DNA of 64,000 nt. Origin: Octopus vulgaris (lineage: Eukaryota). This document shows positions 41,700 through 56,164 of the stretch, piece by piece. The notes under the pieces were generated by a model. The model worked only from the letters and a program-made list of their open reading frames with translations, was not told the DNA's origin and made no database searches. Every line of letters starts with the position of its first letter. Positions within the stretch are counted from its first letter, which is position 1. A program made the position numbers and the translations under genes. The DNA is taken from contig OX597822.1 in assembly GCA_951406725.2 (NCBI GenBank), forward strand, positions 11,842,001 through 11,906,000, read 5' to 3'.

Positions 41700-42985
41700 A
41701 ATAGTGGTGATGAAGTTGGTGTCGAACGTTACCTTACCTCAGTTTATGAGAGACAAGTGTTTCCGATGAAAAAGGTCCAGTTGCAACAGCTTAAATGAAG
41801 CTGGGTATTTAAGAGAAGGCATCTCGCTCGTCAAGTGGTTCAGGAAAGATGCAGACTGGCCACAGCTGTTATTCTAATACAGCATCAACTGATAATAGGG
41901 TAAGGTGAAGGAAGTGGACCAGCGCAGAAAACAGGATAGTGATGCAGTGCTACTTAGAAAGTGAATCGAAAAAAAGGGGCTACTGGTTAGAGAAGGGTTT
42001 GTTCAAAGTGATTGAGCAGAGATTAGTAGATCACGATAATGCTATTTGGTTAAGAAAGTGGATGACATGAATGGAGGTAGAAGAGATCACAAGAGAACTA
42101 TAAAAGAAAGACCAAACAGTAGGAAAGACAAGCAACAACATAAGTGATACAGCTCAAACGAAAGAAGAACGTAAAGGAAAAAGTAATAGTAGCGCTACCA
42201 ATAAGGAAGGGACAACTGGCAGCAGCGACTTAAGAGATTTAAGTGAGGAAGATCAGAAGGTTTTAGATGAGTTGCAGGAAGTAATGAATAAAGAAATAAG
42301 AAAATGTCTGCCAGCGTTCAAAAGGCACCGACAGAAGGAAGCTACTAGAAATGACTAGGACAGTAGATTCTCTTATCAGTAGGATAGATACTAAAAATAT
42401 AAGGGACACTTATTGATCTATGCAGGAGGGGCAGTAGTCGCCAGAAGATTAGATATCTCACAAGAACAGATTAAAAAAGAAGACACTTAGTAAAACAGAA
42501 ATGGTTTGGGACAGTAATAGAAGAGTTGAAACAACGTATCATAGCAGTAGAAGGCAATCTTTCCAGATATTAGAAAAGAATAGATCAGTATTAACAGAAT
42601 AGTTTATTTGAGACAGAACAGAAGAGATTTTATAACCAAATAAATAGTGGAGAAATTGGATGTAGAAGAAGCTAGAAAGTTCTGGCGCAATATTTGGGAT
42701 TAGCTAATCAATCCTAAATGGAGATGCAGCATGGTTAAAGAAAGTGCGGGAAAAAACAGTGAGTCAGAAGCAGCCGAATGAGTAAAGTGTTAGAAAAATC
42801 CCGAATTGGAAGGGTGCAGGACTAGATTTAGTTCAAGAGTACTGGCTAAAGTAATTTATTGGTTGACATGGGAGGATGAGGGAACCACTTCAGGATTGCC
42901 TTAATGGATGATTAATAGTAGAGAACAATATTCATTATGAAACATAAGAGCAAGGGTAATACAGTTAGCAATTATAGACCAAGTA
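41700..42985 (+). mobile_element. Decayed R4/Dong-like N-terminal-to-RT fragment
   Basis: LFETEQKRFYNQIN, EEARKFWRNIW, PNWKGAGLDLVQEYWLK, SNYRP; many stops; 5' boundary approximate. Confidence 0.7.
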
Positions 42986-44536
42986 AGAGGAAATATATAA
43001 AAAAAAAAAAAGATACAGACACGCAATCGCTCGCTCACAAATATTTATGAAAGGGAACAAATAAAGTAATACCAAGTCTATGGAAATTACTCATGTTCAC
43101 ATTAGTTAAACTTTTCTAAGTTTATATCTTCAAGCAGACCCATGCTGCCGGCAGATGTGGTCGCCTTTGCAACTGAGTAAATTGTGGCCCAATCAGTCCC
43201 TACCGACGTGAATTTGGGATTTCATCGTTTGAATGTCAACGACAGTTGCGTTGGCAGAACGGCTGGCAAATCTGGTGAGAATTTTTCTTTTACATTATTT
43301 CTTACAGGTTTTTCCGTTCTGTGTTCAAAATCGGCTGAGAACCAAGTTCAAATTCCAGGTGGTCAAGATCCGTGGTTTGGCATGTCATCTCTCCTCTTAT
43401 ACACAGAGAAAGACAGCAGCCATGTAAACCGAGACTGCATGCAGTACGAGCGTCCTCCGGCAATTGGACATAACTCAAAACTCACATATATTTGACTGCA
43501 AATACCATTGGAATTGAAGTTCTATTTTCTTTGGCTGCACACTAACGGAATGAATATAACGAATGATCTGATTACAAAAACTTTGGAAGCAACCATGGTA
43601 ACGAAGAAATACAGTCAATGATGACGATGACGACGATACGCAGAAATAAAAGTCGAGATTTTATTTTATATTTGTTTTGCCTGAAACCTATATATTGGTT
43701 GTTAATAATTATGTTTTGTATGTTATCAGAAAGTATACACGTCTAGGAATCAACATCGTATTTCTATGTTTCGGTAACAAATCTGTTTTGATCTTATTAA
43801 TCCTAAATAATGTTACAGGAACATCCGGAAGAAATTTAACATATATTATTGCGAGAATAATGCGGCAGTATACCAACAAACCATCGTATTTGGCAAGGTG
43901 ACAGTTCTATTAATAATATTAAAAGTGCCATTATTTAGGTTTTCATGAAATGTTTTAAAATCATTCTAGAAACTCATCAAAAAGTACTTTCCGCTTCGCT
44001 TCCTCTTGAAACTTTTGTGCCAAAAATTTCGCTATAATACTGTTGAGACTTTGTGTTCAAAATATTCTTGAAAGAAATTGGCATAAGTTGGGAAAAAATT
44101 CTTTCTCATTTCAATCCTAAAAGTCTTTGTTTGTTATATCACCCTTACCTAATTTATAGAAGAAAAAATAGTGATTATTCTGCCAAAGTAAGTTAATAGA
44201 TGCGATAATAAAGTTTCACAAGAGCCTTTGAAAAACTTTGTCGGTTGACCACCCCGCCCCAATATTCTGCATTTCTGAGATTTTTCTGGTCTATGGGTTC
44301 TGTTGAATAAATGCGGGTGTCATGAAACACGATTGAAATTATTTTGAATTTAAGCTGAACATGCTGTTGCTATTAACTTGTTACTGTTGAAGAAACAAGC
44401 GAAACATACGAACACAACTGGTAATAGCAATATAAATGGCAGGAAGAGCAAAATGGTAAGAATGTACCCATTCCAAAGTCCGAATATAGAGTTTCGTTCG
44501 AAATATCGAGAACGTTACTGAACCTGACAGACTGAT

Positions 44537-44584
44537 TGTCATCTGAAGAAGACTGAGACATATAAAGGCCGAAACGTTGTGGCG
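44537..44584 (+). ncRNA. Minimal Penelope-type hammerhead motif (ACGT palindromic stem III), degenerate stem II
   Basis: TGTCAT-CTGAAGA-agact..aggcc-GAA-ACGT-T-GTGGCG; stem I pairs with G-U wobbles. Confidence 0.45.
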
Positions 44585-44664
44585 AAAAGTAATCAAGTAA
44601 AAGTGAAATTGTTTATATTTACCTATGATTTCAAATTTTGGAAAGAACGCCACCAATTTCGCGA

Positions 44665-44830
44665 GATGGGTTAAGTCGACTGCATTGATTCCATTAATCA
44701 ACTGGTACTTGTTTTATCGACACCGAAAGCATGAAAGGTGAAGTTGAACATGGCGAAATTTCATCTCAGGACGTGAAAACCGACGAAATGCTGCTAAGCA
44801 TTTTACTCGGCTCACCGCCTTGTCTGCGTT
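44665..44830 (-). mobile_element. SINE type 2, diverged
   Basis: caactggtacttgttttatcgacaccgaaagcatgaaagg..gacgaaatgctgctaagcatttt. Confidence 0.75.
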
Positions 44831-44925
44831 TAATAATAATTCCACATCTCATAATACTAGACACACACGCATACACGTATATTTAGATGCATACACAGAT
44901 GCAGGGACACACATACACACATCTT

Positions 44926-44991
<66 letters not shown>

Positions 44992-45034
44992 ATAAAACAA
45001 TGTAAAAGAGAAATAAAATGTCATGGACACCGCT

Positions 45035-45480
45035 CTTTCCACTGTGGTAAGAAGTTTCCTTCTCAACCATATGGTTCCAGGTTCAGTCCCAGTGCGTGGC
45101 ACCTAGAGAAAATGTCTTCTATTATATCCTCGATCCCACCAAAACATTGTGAGCGAATTTGGTTGACGGAAACTGAAAGAAGCCCATCGTACATACATAT
45201 ATTATTATGTGTGTGTGTTTGCGTGTCTGATTGTGTGTGTATGTGTGGAGGTGTGTATCTGCGCCTGTGATAGCTCCCACCTACCACCGCTTAACAACCG
45301 GTGTTGGTGTGTTTACGTCCTAGTAACTAGCCAATTCGGCAAAAGGCCGATGCAATAAGTATCAAGTCTAAAATAGAAATAAATACTGGTGTTACTTTGT
45401 TCAACTAAAATTCTTCAAGACGGTGCTCCAGCATGGCCGAAGCCTAATGACTGAACCCAGTAAAAGACAAGAATTAAAAG
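45035..45480 (+). mobile_element. SINE type 1, near full-length
   Basis: tgtggtaagaagtt..ggttcagtccc..gacggaaactgaaagaagccc..cggtgctccagcatggccg..gactgaa. Confidence 0.85.
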
Positions 45481-46259
45481 ATGTAGGATTTATGGGTAGT
45501 CGCGAATATGTAGACACTTGAAACAGCAAATCATGGAATTATCCTCGGCTCATATTCGTTCGCCACTGGAAGCGACGTTTTTATTTTACTTTTCGTCTCT
45601 GTAGTTGTTACTAAGCAGTTAAATAATCTAAGACATTCCATTTATAACCATCACGTCTCATGAATATTATCTAGGTGTTCATTACCGATGGCATCTATTT
45701 CATATTTAAGACAGTTGTATAATTTGAGAGAGATTTGTGACCGAATTCTAATAGGTAAGGCAACTACTTAGCAAAACATTCTGTGGCTTGAGACGAGAAT
45801 TAACTTATGAAGATATTCTGCAGCGTAGAACTTGCGCTTGTGTATCTCCAGTGAAACATAGTAACGGACAAGCGAATCAGGAATAAGCTAAGGTATTAAT
45901 ATTTTTATTAACGTTAACCAATAAATTAATACGTTGACGACCTGGGTTCCAACAATTATATCAATAGGCAATTTATCTTAGAAAAGATCTGACGTTCAGT
46001 GTCTTATAGAGAAGAAGAAGAGAAAAACTCACGAAAGACGAAGACTATACCTGCTGGCTCAGTAATTTCGAATAATCAAATGTGTTGGTATAATGCCAGT
46101 CGAAATTAGGCTGTCTACAAGAAAATTATATCTCGGCAATATATGCACTTAGAACAGATTCTTCTACATAAAAAAAAAATAAAAAAATGTGCTGAAATGT
46201 ATAGTGAGAAATAGCACAACGGGAAGAAGAAGGAGAAGAGGGAAGAGAAGAGAACGAAG

Positions 46260-46276
46260 TAGAAAAAGAAGAAGAA

Positions 46277-46307
<31 letters not shown>

Positions 46308-46436
46308 GAGGAGGAGGAGGAGAAGAAGAAGAAGAAGAAGAAGAAGAAGAAGAAGGAGGAGGAGAAGAAGAAGAAGAAGAAGAAGAAGAAGAAGAAGAAG
46401 AAGAAGAAGAAGAAGAAGAGGAGGAGGAGGAGGAGC
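46260..46436. repeat. (GAA)n/(GGA)n purine tract
   Basis: Directly visible. Confidence 0.95.
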
Positions 46437-46785
46437 AACAGCGGCTAATACTCATCACTTGAAGAACAAAAACCAATATCAATGACAACTGGAATGCTGT
46501 AAGACACGGCTAATAAGAGCGAAGAGAACAATTACGAAGACGACAACAACAATAATAGCTACAACAAACGAACAAAGACACTCCATTCCATGCAGCTTGT
46601 TATATCAGATTGTATTTAATTTGAAGTATTTAGAGAATGTTAAGTTAAAATTTTCCGTAATTCTATAGAATTCTACGAGAGCAATTGTTATTGATTATCA
46701 GGAAGATAAAGTCTTTCATGACAGTGATGATGATAATTGCATCTTTGTCAATGCTGTTGATACGTATTTATTATTATTATTATTA

Positions 46786-46844
<59 letters not shown>

Positions 46845-46857
46845 GTTGTTGTTGTTG

Positions 46858-46916
<59 letters not shown>

Positions 46917-47478
46917 GAATGAGAAAGTAACGCTATCCAACAAAATGGCGATGTGTTGCAAACATAGGAAGCCCAATATAGACCACACGATTGTTTGTCT
47001 GGTAAGGGTACACCAGGCACATGCATCACAACCATATGTGAACGACATGGTGATCTCATATGAAGCTAAACAGCGCATGATCTTTCAGGTGGGACCCTGT
47101 TAGAATTTTCCTCTTGCCCGTCCCTCTTAAAACATCCCAGAATAAGGTTTGTTTGGTACCTGAATAAGGATGACGAACAAAGCACCCATGTCTTCAGGGC
47201 TGAATTATTCAAACCCCAAAGAACTCCTCTCAACATATGACTATGATGCTCCACCGCTTCTGCTCGTGATTAGAGATGCACAAATCATCAGCCAGTAAGG
47301 GACATGCTCAACTGGTTAAAGTGAAGCAACTGACAAATAAATCTGCAGTATTTAGCAGAATATTTGCTTTAATCCATCTTTTACAACATTTACAAATTAT
47401 ATAGATGTTGATACTTCCAGTAAATTCAGATCATAAACCCTGAGAGCAACTGGTTTGTATGGATACCATCGAAGGGTT
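46917..47478 (-). mobile_element. ~555-bp (AAT)n-associated non-coding element, copy 3 (older)
   Basis: Reverse complement of 13321-13877 (gtacaccaggcacatgcatcacaaccatatgtg; caaaccccaaagaa; agggacatgctcaactggttaa); 3' end abuts (ATT)n. Confidence 0.85.
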
Positions 47479-47884
47479 TCCAAGGAAGTCTTGTATTCAG
47501 CATGCTTGTGCTATGTGGAAAAACGAGACGCCCATTTTCGAAAATTCTGCTTATAGGTGAAAATATTTTGTAAGGAGGTTTACTTGATTATTTTCAGTTT
47601 CAAAGGGATATAATTTGTCTGTAGAATTTTTATATTTTAGATATTGTAAACATTCATTTACCACTCTTTTAAAATGGCTTCTTCAGCGAGAAAATTGTTG
47701 ATAGGCCCTAATTAGAAAAAAACGTTTCTCTGATGATGTCCATAAAAGGAAAAATTGTATATGAACAGCATTCATTAAACGGATGCAACAAAAGTGCAAT
47801 CATTGACAAACGAAAAATTAATGAATTTGTTAACAAGAACAGCAAATGTTTAGCTTGCGTGATTGGTGGCAGAGAATCCGTGGA

Positions 47885-48290
47885 TAGGCGCAGCTATGGC
47901 TGGGTGGTTAGAATTTTGTTTCCCAGTCACTTGGATTCGGGTTCGGTTTCATTGCATGTGTCAGGTGCCTTCTGCTATAACATCGGGCTGACCAAAACCT
48001 TTTGAGTGGATTTGGAAGACGGAAACTGAAAGAAGCCCATTGTATACGTTTATATGCATTTTTATGTATATGTCTCTGTTTCTGTTTGCCACCCCGCACC
48101 GCTTCACATTCGGTGTTAATTTGTTTACATCTCGTAACCTAGGCGATCGTCAAAAGTGACTGATAGAATAAGTACATGGCTTAAAAAACGAAATGGGGTC
48201 GATTTTTTCGACCTCAAACTTTTCAAGGCTGTGCTCCAGCATAGCCGCAGTCTAATAAATGAAACAAGTAAAAGATAACAGTTAAAAGAG
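47885..48290 (+). mobile_element. SINE type 1, full-length, diverged
   Basis: ataggcgcagctatggctgggtggttag head through gtgctccagcatagccgcag..gaaacaagtaaaagata tail. Confidence 0.85.
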
Positions 48291-48312
48291 ACAAAATGGC
48301 TCGAATAAAACA

Positions 48313-48725
48313 ACATAGGCGCAGGAGTGGCTGTGTGGTAAGTAGCTTGTTTACCAACCACATGGTTCCGGGTTCAGTCCAACTGCGTGGCACCTTGGGC
48401 AAGTGTCTTCTACTAAAGCCTCGGGCCGACCAAAGCCTTGTGAGTGGATTTGGTAGACGGAAACTGAAAGAAGCCCGTCGTGTATATGTATATATATATA
48501 TGCGTGTGTGTGTTTGTGTATCTGTGTTTGTCCCCCTAGCATTGCTTGACAACCGATGCTGGTGTGTTTATGTCCCAGTTACTTAGCGGTTCGGCAAAAG
48601 AGACCGATAGAATAAGTACTGGGCTTACTAAAAGAATAAGTACCGGGGTGGAGTTGCTCGATTAAAGGCGGTGCTCCAGCATGGCCGCAGTCAAATGACT
48701 GAAACAAGTAAAAGAAAAGATAAAG
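48313..48725 (+). mobile_element. SINE type 1, full-length and young (best reference copy; CORE-like, resembling octopus OR/OK families, exact name uncertain)
   Basis: A-box TGGCTGTGTGG, B-box GGTTCAGTCC, ccttgggcaagt CORE-like motif, internal TA/TG microsatellite, 3' tail ggcggtgctccagcatggccgcag..gactgaaacaagt(aaaag). Confidence 0.9.
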
Positions 48726-48898
48726 ATATCACGTGAGAATTATCTACAGGCGGGCGTTGACTTTTTGCCATGGAGGGACAGACAACATGGGACCTAACAT
48801 ACATCTGCCTCACAAAATGATAGAGGGAGCTGCATATGCTTCCAAAATTACAGTTAAATTAGACTCTGGTAGTTGTGTGGCACCGTGTAGTTATTATA

Positions 48899-49510
48899 TA
48901 TCAGGTCATCCCACAAGTTCTGTCCAAATTTTGAATAAAGAAAGCAAGTGATCAAATGTTATATCTAATTGAAAGTTAATCATCAATATACTTTCCCTGA
49001 TTATCTATGACTTCCTTCCATCTATTTACAAGCATTTTAATCCCATCAATGTAAAACTCTTTTGGTTTCAAAGCGAAGAACTCTGCAATTTCAGTTTCGA
49101 CTGCCTCCTGGCTTGCGAAATTTATGTCCCCCAAATAATTCTGTAAACTACGAAACAAATGGTGGTCTGAAGGAGCAAGGTCGGGAGAATAAGGTGGATG
49201 AGGAATTTTTTCACAACCAAGCACTTCGATCTTCTGTGATGTGATCTTTGCAGTGTGGGGTTGCGCATTGTCCTGTAAAACATCACTCGTTTTCGATTCA
49301 CTCACGCGGGACTTTCTTCCTTCAAAGTTTGGTTCAAACGCTCTAATTGCTGACAGTTGACTTGAGCATTGATTGTTGGATTAGGTAGTAACAATTCAAA
49401 GTGAATTACTCCTTTGCAATCCCACCAGATAGAGAGAGAGAACCTTTTTCCCTGAAGTTCCCTTCTCGGTTGTGGTTGAGCTTTTTCCCTTTTACCAAGC
49501 CACTGGTGTT
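48899..49510 (-). mobile_element. Mariner (DD34D) transposase 3' fragment with TIR
   Basis: ORF 48976-49305: QDNAQPH..HPPYSPDLAPSDHHLFRSL..FY.DGI..LV.RW..VIDNQGKY; upstream WWDCKGVIHFELL; terminus TA-tcaggtcatcccacaagttc. Confidence 0.9.
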
Positions 49511-49680
49511 GGTTTGCTTATATATGCGTAAACTAGCACTTCGACATAGTCAACCGATAGAATAAGCACGAGGCTTTAGAAATTGAATACTGGGATCGTT
49601 TTATTCGAGTACATATTCTTCTAGGCGGTGCTCCAGCATGACACCGGTCTAATGACTGAAATATTTAAAAGGTAAAAGAT
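49510..49680 (+). mobile_element. SINE type 1 3' fragment
   Basis: accgatagaataag..ggcggtgctccagcatgac..gactgaaa. Confidence 0.7.
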
Positions 49681-49979
49681 GGAAGAAATGAAGTGGGGAC
49701 AGGGATATAAAAAAAAATGAAACAAGAAATAAGGAGGAAAGGAAAGAAAGATACAATAATTCGAGGAGGATATGCAGAAAGACATAGGAAGACAGACATG
49801 GAAAGAAAGAAAGAAAGAAGATAAGAAAGAAGGACAGACAGATAGATAGATCGTAGATAGATAGAGATAGACAGAGAGAAGGGGAGAGAGAAGGGGAGAC
49901 AAAGAAGCAATTAGGCAGCATATCAACAGACAAATAGATAGAAATATAGATAGATTGATTGATTGATTGATAGTTACAT

Positions 49980-50550
<571 letters not shown>

Positions 50551-51357
50551 TTGGGTAGACGGACATAGAGATGAAACTACGTTAAGAAGAAACAGTTTCA
50601 AGCGCAGTGCAATGTTAAGATCAAACGACCGTCTGAAGATTATTTTTGATATTATCTCCCCTAGGGAATTGATGTTTGTTTCAGGAGGTAAATAGCAAAT
50701 ATATGAGATGTACTTCCACGTAAGATATGAGTAAAGCAGCGAAGAAAATAGATCCGTGTCTATATTTATACGTATTTACGTACTTGTCTGTATGTAACCA
50801 TGTGTGTGTATGTATCTATGTATGTATCCATGTGTATGTATGTATGTATGTATGTATCCATGTGTGTGTATGTATCTATGTATGTGTTTCTTTTTTTCCT
50901 TACAAGGATGTTATCGATATTTATCAGTGAAAATAGTTCATGCTTTCACTATTGATGAGTCTGCCCTTTCGAATGTTTGAGGTTAACCGTTAATAGTCTC
51001 AAAATTTTCCGAGCATTTTGTGTCTAGCAATTTGTGTCAGAGCTTTCTAATCTAAAATGTTGTTGATATGCTAAACGTTATATAGGCAGAAGTGCTTCCT
51101 ATTTGGCATGTTTGCCTCTTACTCTTACGTCTTAAAACGATCTGCCTGAGTAACTAGAATTAAAATTAGGTCCGGAACTTAACCCAGTTTTCATAAGATA
51201 GGAGTGATTAAAATTACAACACTCAGCCCCCACAGAACAGTCCGCCTGTCAATCAGTTCTTCGGTCCGCTGGTCCACTGGTCAGTTACAGAGATAATTTT
51301 CAAGGTATTTGTGGAAATCATTTACAATCCCCGCCACCTCCAGCACCGAGACAACCA

Positions 51358-51440
51358 AATCATGTCATTTCGACCTTTCTTGGCTTCGTCAATGATAGAT
51401 GCTCAACCGCTAGAGGTAGCAGCAGTTCATCTCCCCTCCA
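51358..51440 (-). mobile_element. Decayed hammerhead-like motif next to the GCTACCTCTAGC terminus motif
   Basis: - strand ggggagatgaactgctgctacctctagc..ATCAT-tgacga-agcc aagaaa ggtc-GAAA-tgac-ATGAT. Confidence 0.4.
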
Positions 51441-51489
51441 ACGATATATAGGATAAGAGTTCTAGAATACGTGCTGGTATCGCGATTAG

Positions 51490-51880
51490 CCGGGCTGTGT
51501 GGTAAGTAGTTTGCCTACCAACCACATGGTTCCGGCTGTAGACCCCTTGCGTGGCACCTTGAGCAATTTTGCTGCTGTCGTACTGAAGTCATGTGAAATT
51601 CCACAAGAATATATAACGAAATAACGAGGCGGGATCGAGTCGTTCGGTTAAAGCCTTCCTTCATGTTATTGCCCCAGCATGGCTGCTATTCAGTAACTGA
51701 AACAAGTAAAAGGAAAACTCTATACATAGCATTTTCATGTATTGTGAATTGGGTATCCTTTTCTTTTTACCTCTTAATTTTATTAAGGCATTGAACTGCG
51801 GCAATGCTGGGGCAACTCCGTGAAGGATGGCTTTAACCGAACAACACGAACCAGTCTCGGTATTTCTTTTGATATCCGGT
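51490..51880. mobile_element. SINE type 1 fragments (head and tail on +, second tail on -)
   Basis: ggctgtgtggtaagtag..gcgtggcaccttgagcaa; gccccagcatggctgc..ctgaaacaagtaaaa; ctgcggcaatgctggggca. Confidence 0.7.
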
Positions 51881-52525
51881 GTGTGGAATGTCACATGACT
51901 TCAGAAAGAAGCCGCAGCAAATGGTTTTGCAAAGGAAAATAACAGAAGTATTTAACCAGACGAGATTGCGTAATAAGTTGGCAAAGATTGCAAGTACCAA
52001 AACAGAAATGCGATAAATGGTAAAAAAGAAAAAAAGGACACGAAATAAAGTGGCCACACGATACATGTGTGGAATTCAATTTAGCAGGAAAATATTACAC
52101 CATCCACAAACACACATGTACACACACACATACAAGGACGTGTGCTCACACGCATACACACATACATAGTTCGAATGATCACCGTCATGTTGCATCAGTG
52201 TCTGTGCGCCTGTGTGTTTCTGAAATTCTTGTTGCAAGCTTAAATTCTTCTTGGAATTTTTCTAAAGAAAATATTACTTACCCACCCATATTCTTTTTTT
52301 TTCAAATATAATCTTTCACCTGATATATTTCTTTGTAAAAGGCCACTTATAACATTGATCATATCTAACGCTATCTCTAGGCGTGTTCTCCATTTACTTC
52401 GACATGCATATATACACATACGTACGTATACATACATACATTTATATATATATATATATATATGTCGAAGTAAATTTATATATATATTTACTTCGACATG
52501 CATATATATACATACATACGTATAC

Positions 52526-52599
<74 letters not shown>

Positions 52600-53382
52600 A
52601 CATATATTTATATATATATATATATAATATAAATGCATATTTACGTATGCATATATATGTATATATATATATGTCTCTGCGTGTGTATGTTCGTACTTGT
52701 GTATATGTATATAGACACATATGTGAGTACATACACAGACACACACGTGTCTATAGATATATATATATATATATAGATATTGATCTATGTAAGAAATATA
52801 TGTATATATTATTATATGATTATAAGCATTGTATAACATATATACTAGATATAAAATATACATATATAATATATATAAATATGTATATCCGTGTTTGTGA
52901 GTGTATATTATGTGATATATATAACGTAATGAATGTATGTACAACTGGAGTACTCATCTGTCGCCTTCGAAATGTTTCTGTTACGGTAAACTTTCAAAAG
53001 CATTTTGGAAATGCTGTCTTTGATCGTTTTTTTTTTATTGTTTGTTCATAGTCTGCGACTCCTAAGTTATGTTGATTCAACCCCCTTTACTGCTGCTTAG
53101 TGGCTACAAAGCAGCACTAAAAATGCAGCAACAACAACACTGACAGCAACAACAACATTAGCAACAATAAAACGCACAACAACAACTTAAAAGCTAGCAG
53201 CAAGAAATATTCTTAATGTACGCTCGATTAAAGAAGACTTTTTTTTTTTCTTTTTTTGGAATATGCACTGTTGCAGATCTGATATCTGGTGTAGAAATTA
53301 TGATGTGAATTGAAGGAAGACGACCCATCGATAAACATTTGTTACACACATGTGCGTACACGGTCACACGCAGAGGCACACA

Positions 53383-53432
<50 letters not shown>

Positions 53433-53757
53433 TACAGACACACACAGAGGCACACGCACACACACCCGCATACAGACACACACAGAAGCACATGCACAAA
53501 CACACACAGATGAGCTCAGACAGATAGATACACATATACTCACAAATGTGCAAGCGCTTTATATGTTTGCATATATACTGAGAGATGTAGAACATTACAT
53601 ACATACACACACATACACGCACACACATACTCATTCTCACATGCACACGTGTAAATACATGTGTGTATATTTATATATATATATACATATATATATATAA
53701 ATATTTATATGCATATATATAGATATACATATATGTATACATATCCATACACCACGC

Positions 53758-53810
<53 letters not shown>

Positions 53811-54517
53811 CAGTGAGAGACAGTGAGATAGAGAGGTAGATACATAGAGATAAATACACAGAGGCATAGTTAGGGAGGGAGACGTACAAAGAAAGGAATA
53901 CACACATATTCAGACACGCACACACACATTTACACACCCATGTATACACATATGTATTTGTGTACGTTTGAGTATGTCCACACAGGAGTATATGTTTGTA
54001 TTAATACATATGAACTATAAAAGGCGTCAATATGGCTACCAGCGTGAAATGCTACTAAAGACGAATTATATATATATACATATATATGATAATATGCAAA
54101 AACAAAACAAAAGTATAACTCACCGAACCAATGTGTAATAAAGTAGCAATAGCTGGACATTATGGTTGTATACGATATTGTAGACTCGGCGATATACATG
54201 AACACATCTTGTAACATAATATAAAGTCAAACTCTATTAAAAAGCTGCTAAATTGATAGAGAAAGCGTAACAATGTCGTATCTACTGAATAGGATATCAG
54301 ATGTGTGTGTTTTGGACACACATTCCTACGATATATTCTTCGCGTTTATAAACGTAAAGGGAATCACACAGACAGCTTAGGAACTATTCATGTGTTACTT
54401 GAGTAGGTTCTTCATGTGCCTATGTAAATACATATGTGTGTGCGTGCGTGTCTCTACGTGTGTGCGTGCACACGTGTGTACATATATGCACATATGGATA
54501 TACCAACATATAGACAT

Positions 54518-54565
<48 letters not shown>

Positions 54566-54664
54566 GAAACGTACTATCTTAATGTACTTATATACAAATG
54601 CACACACACACACACACACACACACATTTATATATATATATATAATATTTAAGTATCCATTTAA

Positions 54665-54707
<43 letters not shown>

Positions 54708-54804
54708 GTTATATACGTAAATATTTGTTTGCATATATGTAGTTAAAAATATAGATATTATTATTGTGCAAATGTATATAAATATGTAAGATTCTACGTA
54801 TCTA

Positions 54805-54850
<46 letters not shown>

Positions 54851-54852
54851 TG

Positions 54853-54891
<39 letters not shown>

Positions 54892-54893
54892 AT

Positions 54894-54962
<69 letters not shown>

Positions 54963-54974
54963 CATATATATATT

Positions 54975-55023
<49 letters not shown>

Positions 55024-56164
55024 TGAATGCAGTGAAGGAAAAGAAGACTGAGTTAGTAACGTAGGTGTTCATTGGGAGTTGGGGTGGACTCCATATACGT
55101 AACGTTAGAAAGAGTAATGCAACACAATACATATTTGACCGAACATTAAATACGAGACATGACTATTATTATCGAATATTCTTCTGAATATATATGAAAA
55201 ATATAAAATAGATAATATGAAATAGGAAAAAATATATAACGCAAAACACACACATTCGCATACTCTCAAAGCTTAATGGAAATATTCAAGTAAGCGAGGA
55301 AGAAAAAAAAGAAGAAAATAAATATAACGAAGATGAAACAGCAACGAGTAAAACGAAATCTTCAACAATAACGACACCAGTAGCAATAATAATAACATCA
55401 GTTGAAGCAACAACATAAAAATGGTCCACAAAGTGTAGCGAAATTAGAAAGAGAAAGAAATAAAATATATAATAAAAGAGAATAAAGATGGACGATCAAA
55501 CATTTCCTTTTGCAGCTTAAATAACACGGCTAACTTTACACAAACTAAACCCATCTATAAATCAATGTTTTACGCACAATGAAACGACAATTTTGAAGTG
55601 CATTTCTCGTGATAAAAAGCCACTTGCTGTGTGAGAAAGCCTAGGAAGATTACGAGTGTTTATGGACAAAGTTGCTTTGTCATAAGAACGGACATCTTTA
55701 AATAATTTATCAGCTATTCTAATACTAAAGAAGACAATGTCCTCTTAAAAAGGTCCTTACATTATTCACCCTTTTAATCTGCTCGGGGGTTTTCTCTCAC
55801 CTCTTCGTCTTAAAGCGTTGCTTTTGTTTAGTCGCAGCAAGTATTTTTTTTTTTCATTTTTTTTTTTAAGCCGAAGCCATCTGAATTATTTTGTCCGCTA
55901 CTTTCGTTATCTCCTTCTTACTACCGTTCTATAGCGATTGCCTCCGACCACTCCTACTCATTTTTTGTCTCCTCATCATGATTAAGTTCCCGGTGGAGAA
56001 TATCACGAATCATAGTCGTCACTGCTACCGCCCTCCTCCTCACCATCTTAATCATCATCATCATCATCATCATCATCATTCATCATCACAATCATCATCA
56101 TCATCATCATACCATCGTGATCATGATGATCATCCTCATCACCATTATTGTCATCGTCATATCA

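Noticed and set aside
43184-43360. Homeobox-like peptide (ALAERLANL..VQNRLRTKFK) with apparent splice sites
   Set aside because: The DNA aligns to a decayed type 2 SINE head (gttggcagaa..cgttctgtgttcaaaatcggctgag); the supposed intron is only ~35 nt and WFQ is absent
48976-49305. Domesticated SETMAR-like gene
   Set aside because: Truncated and frameshifted upstream, retains a TIR, no SET domain; an ordinary dead mariner
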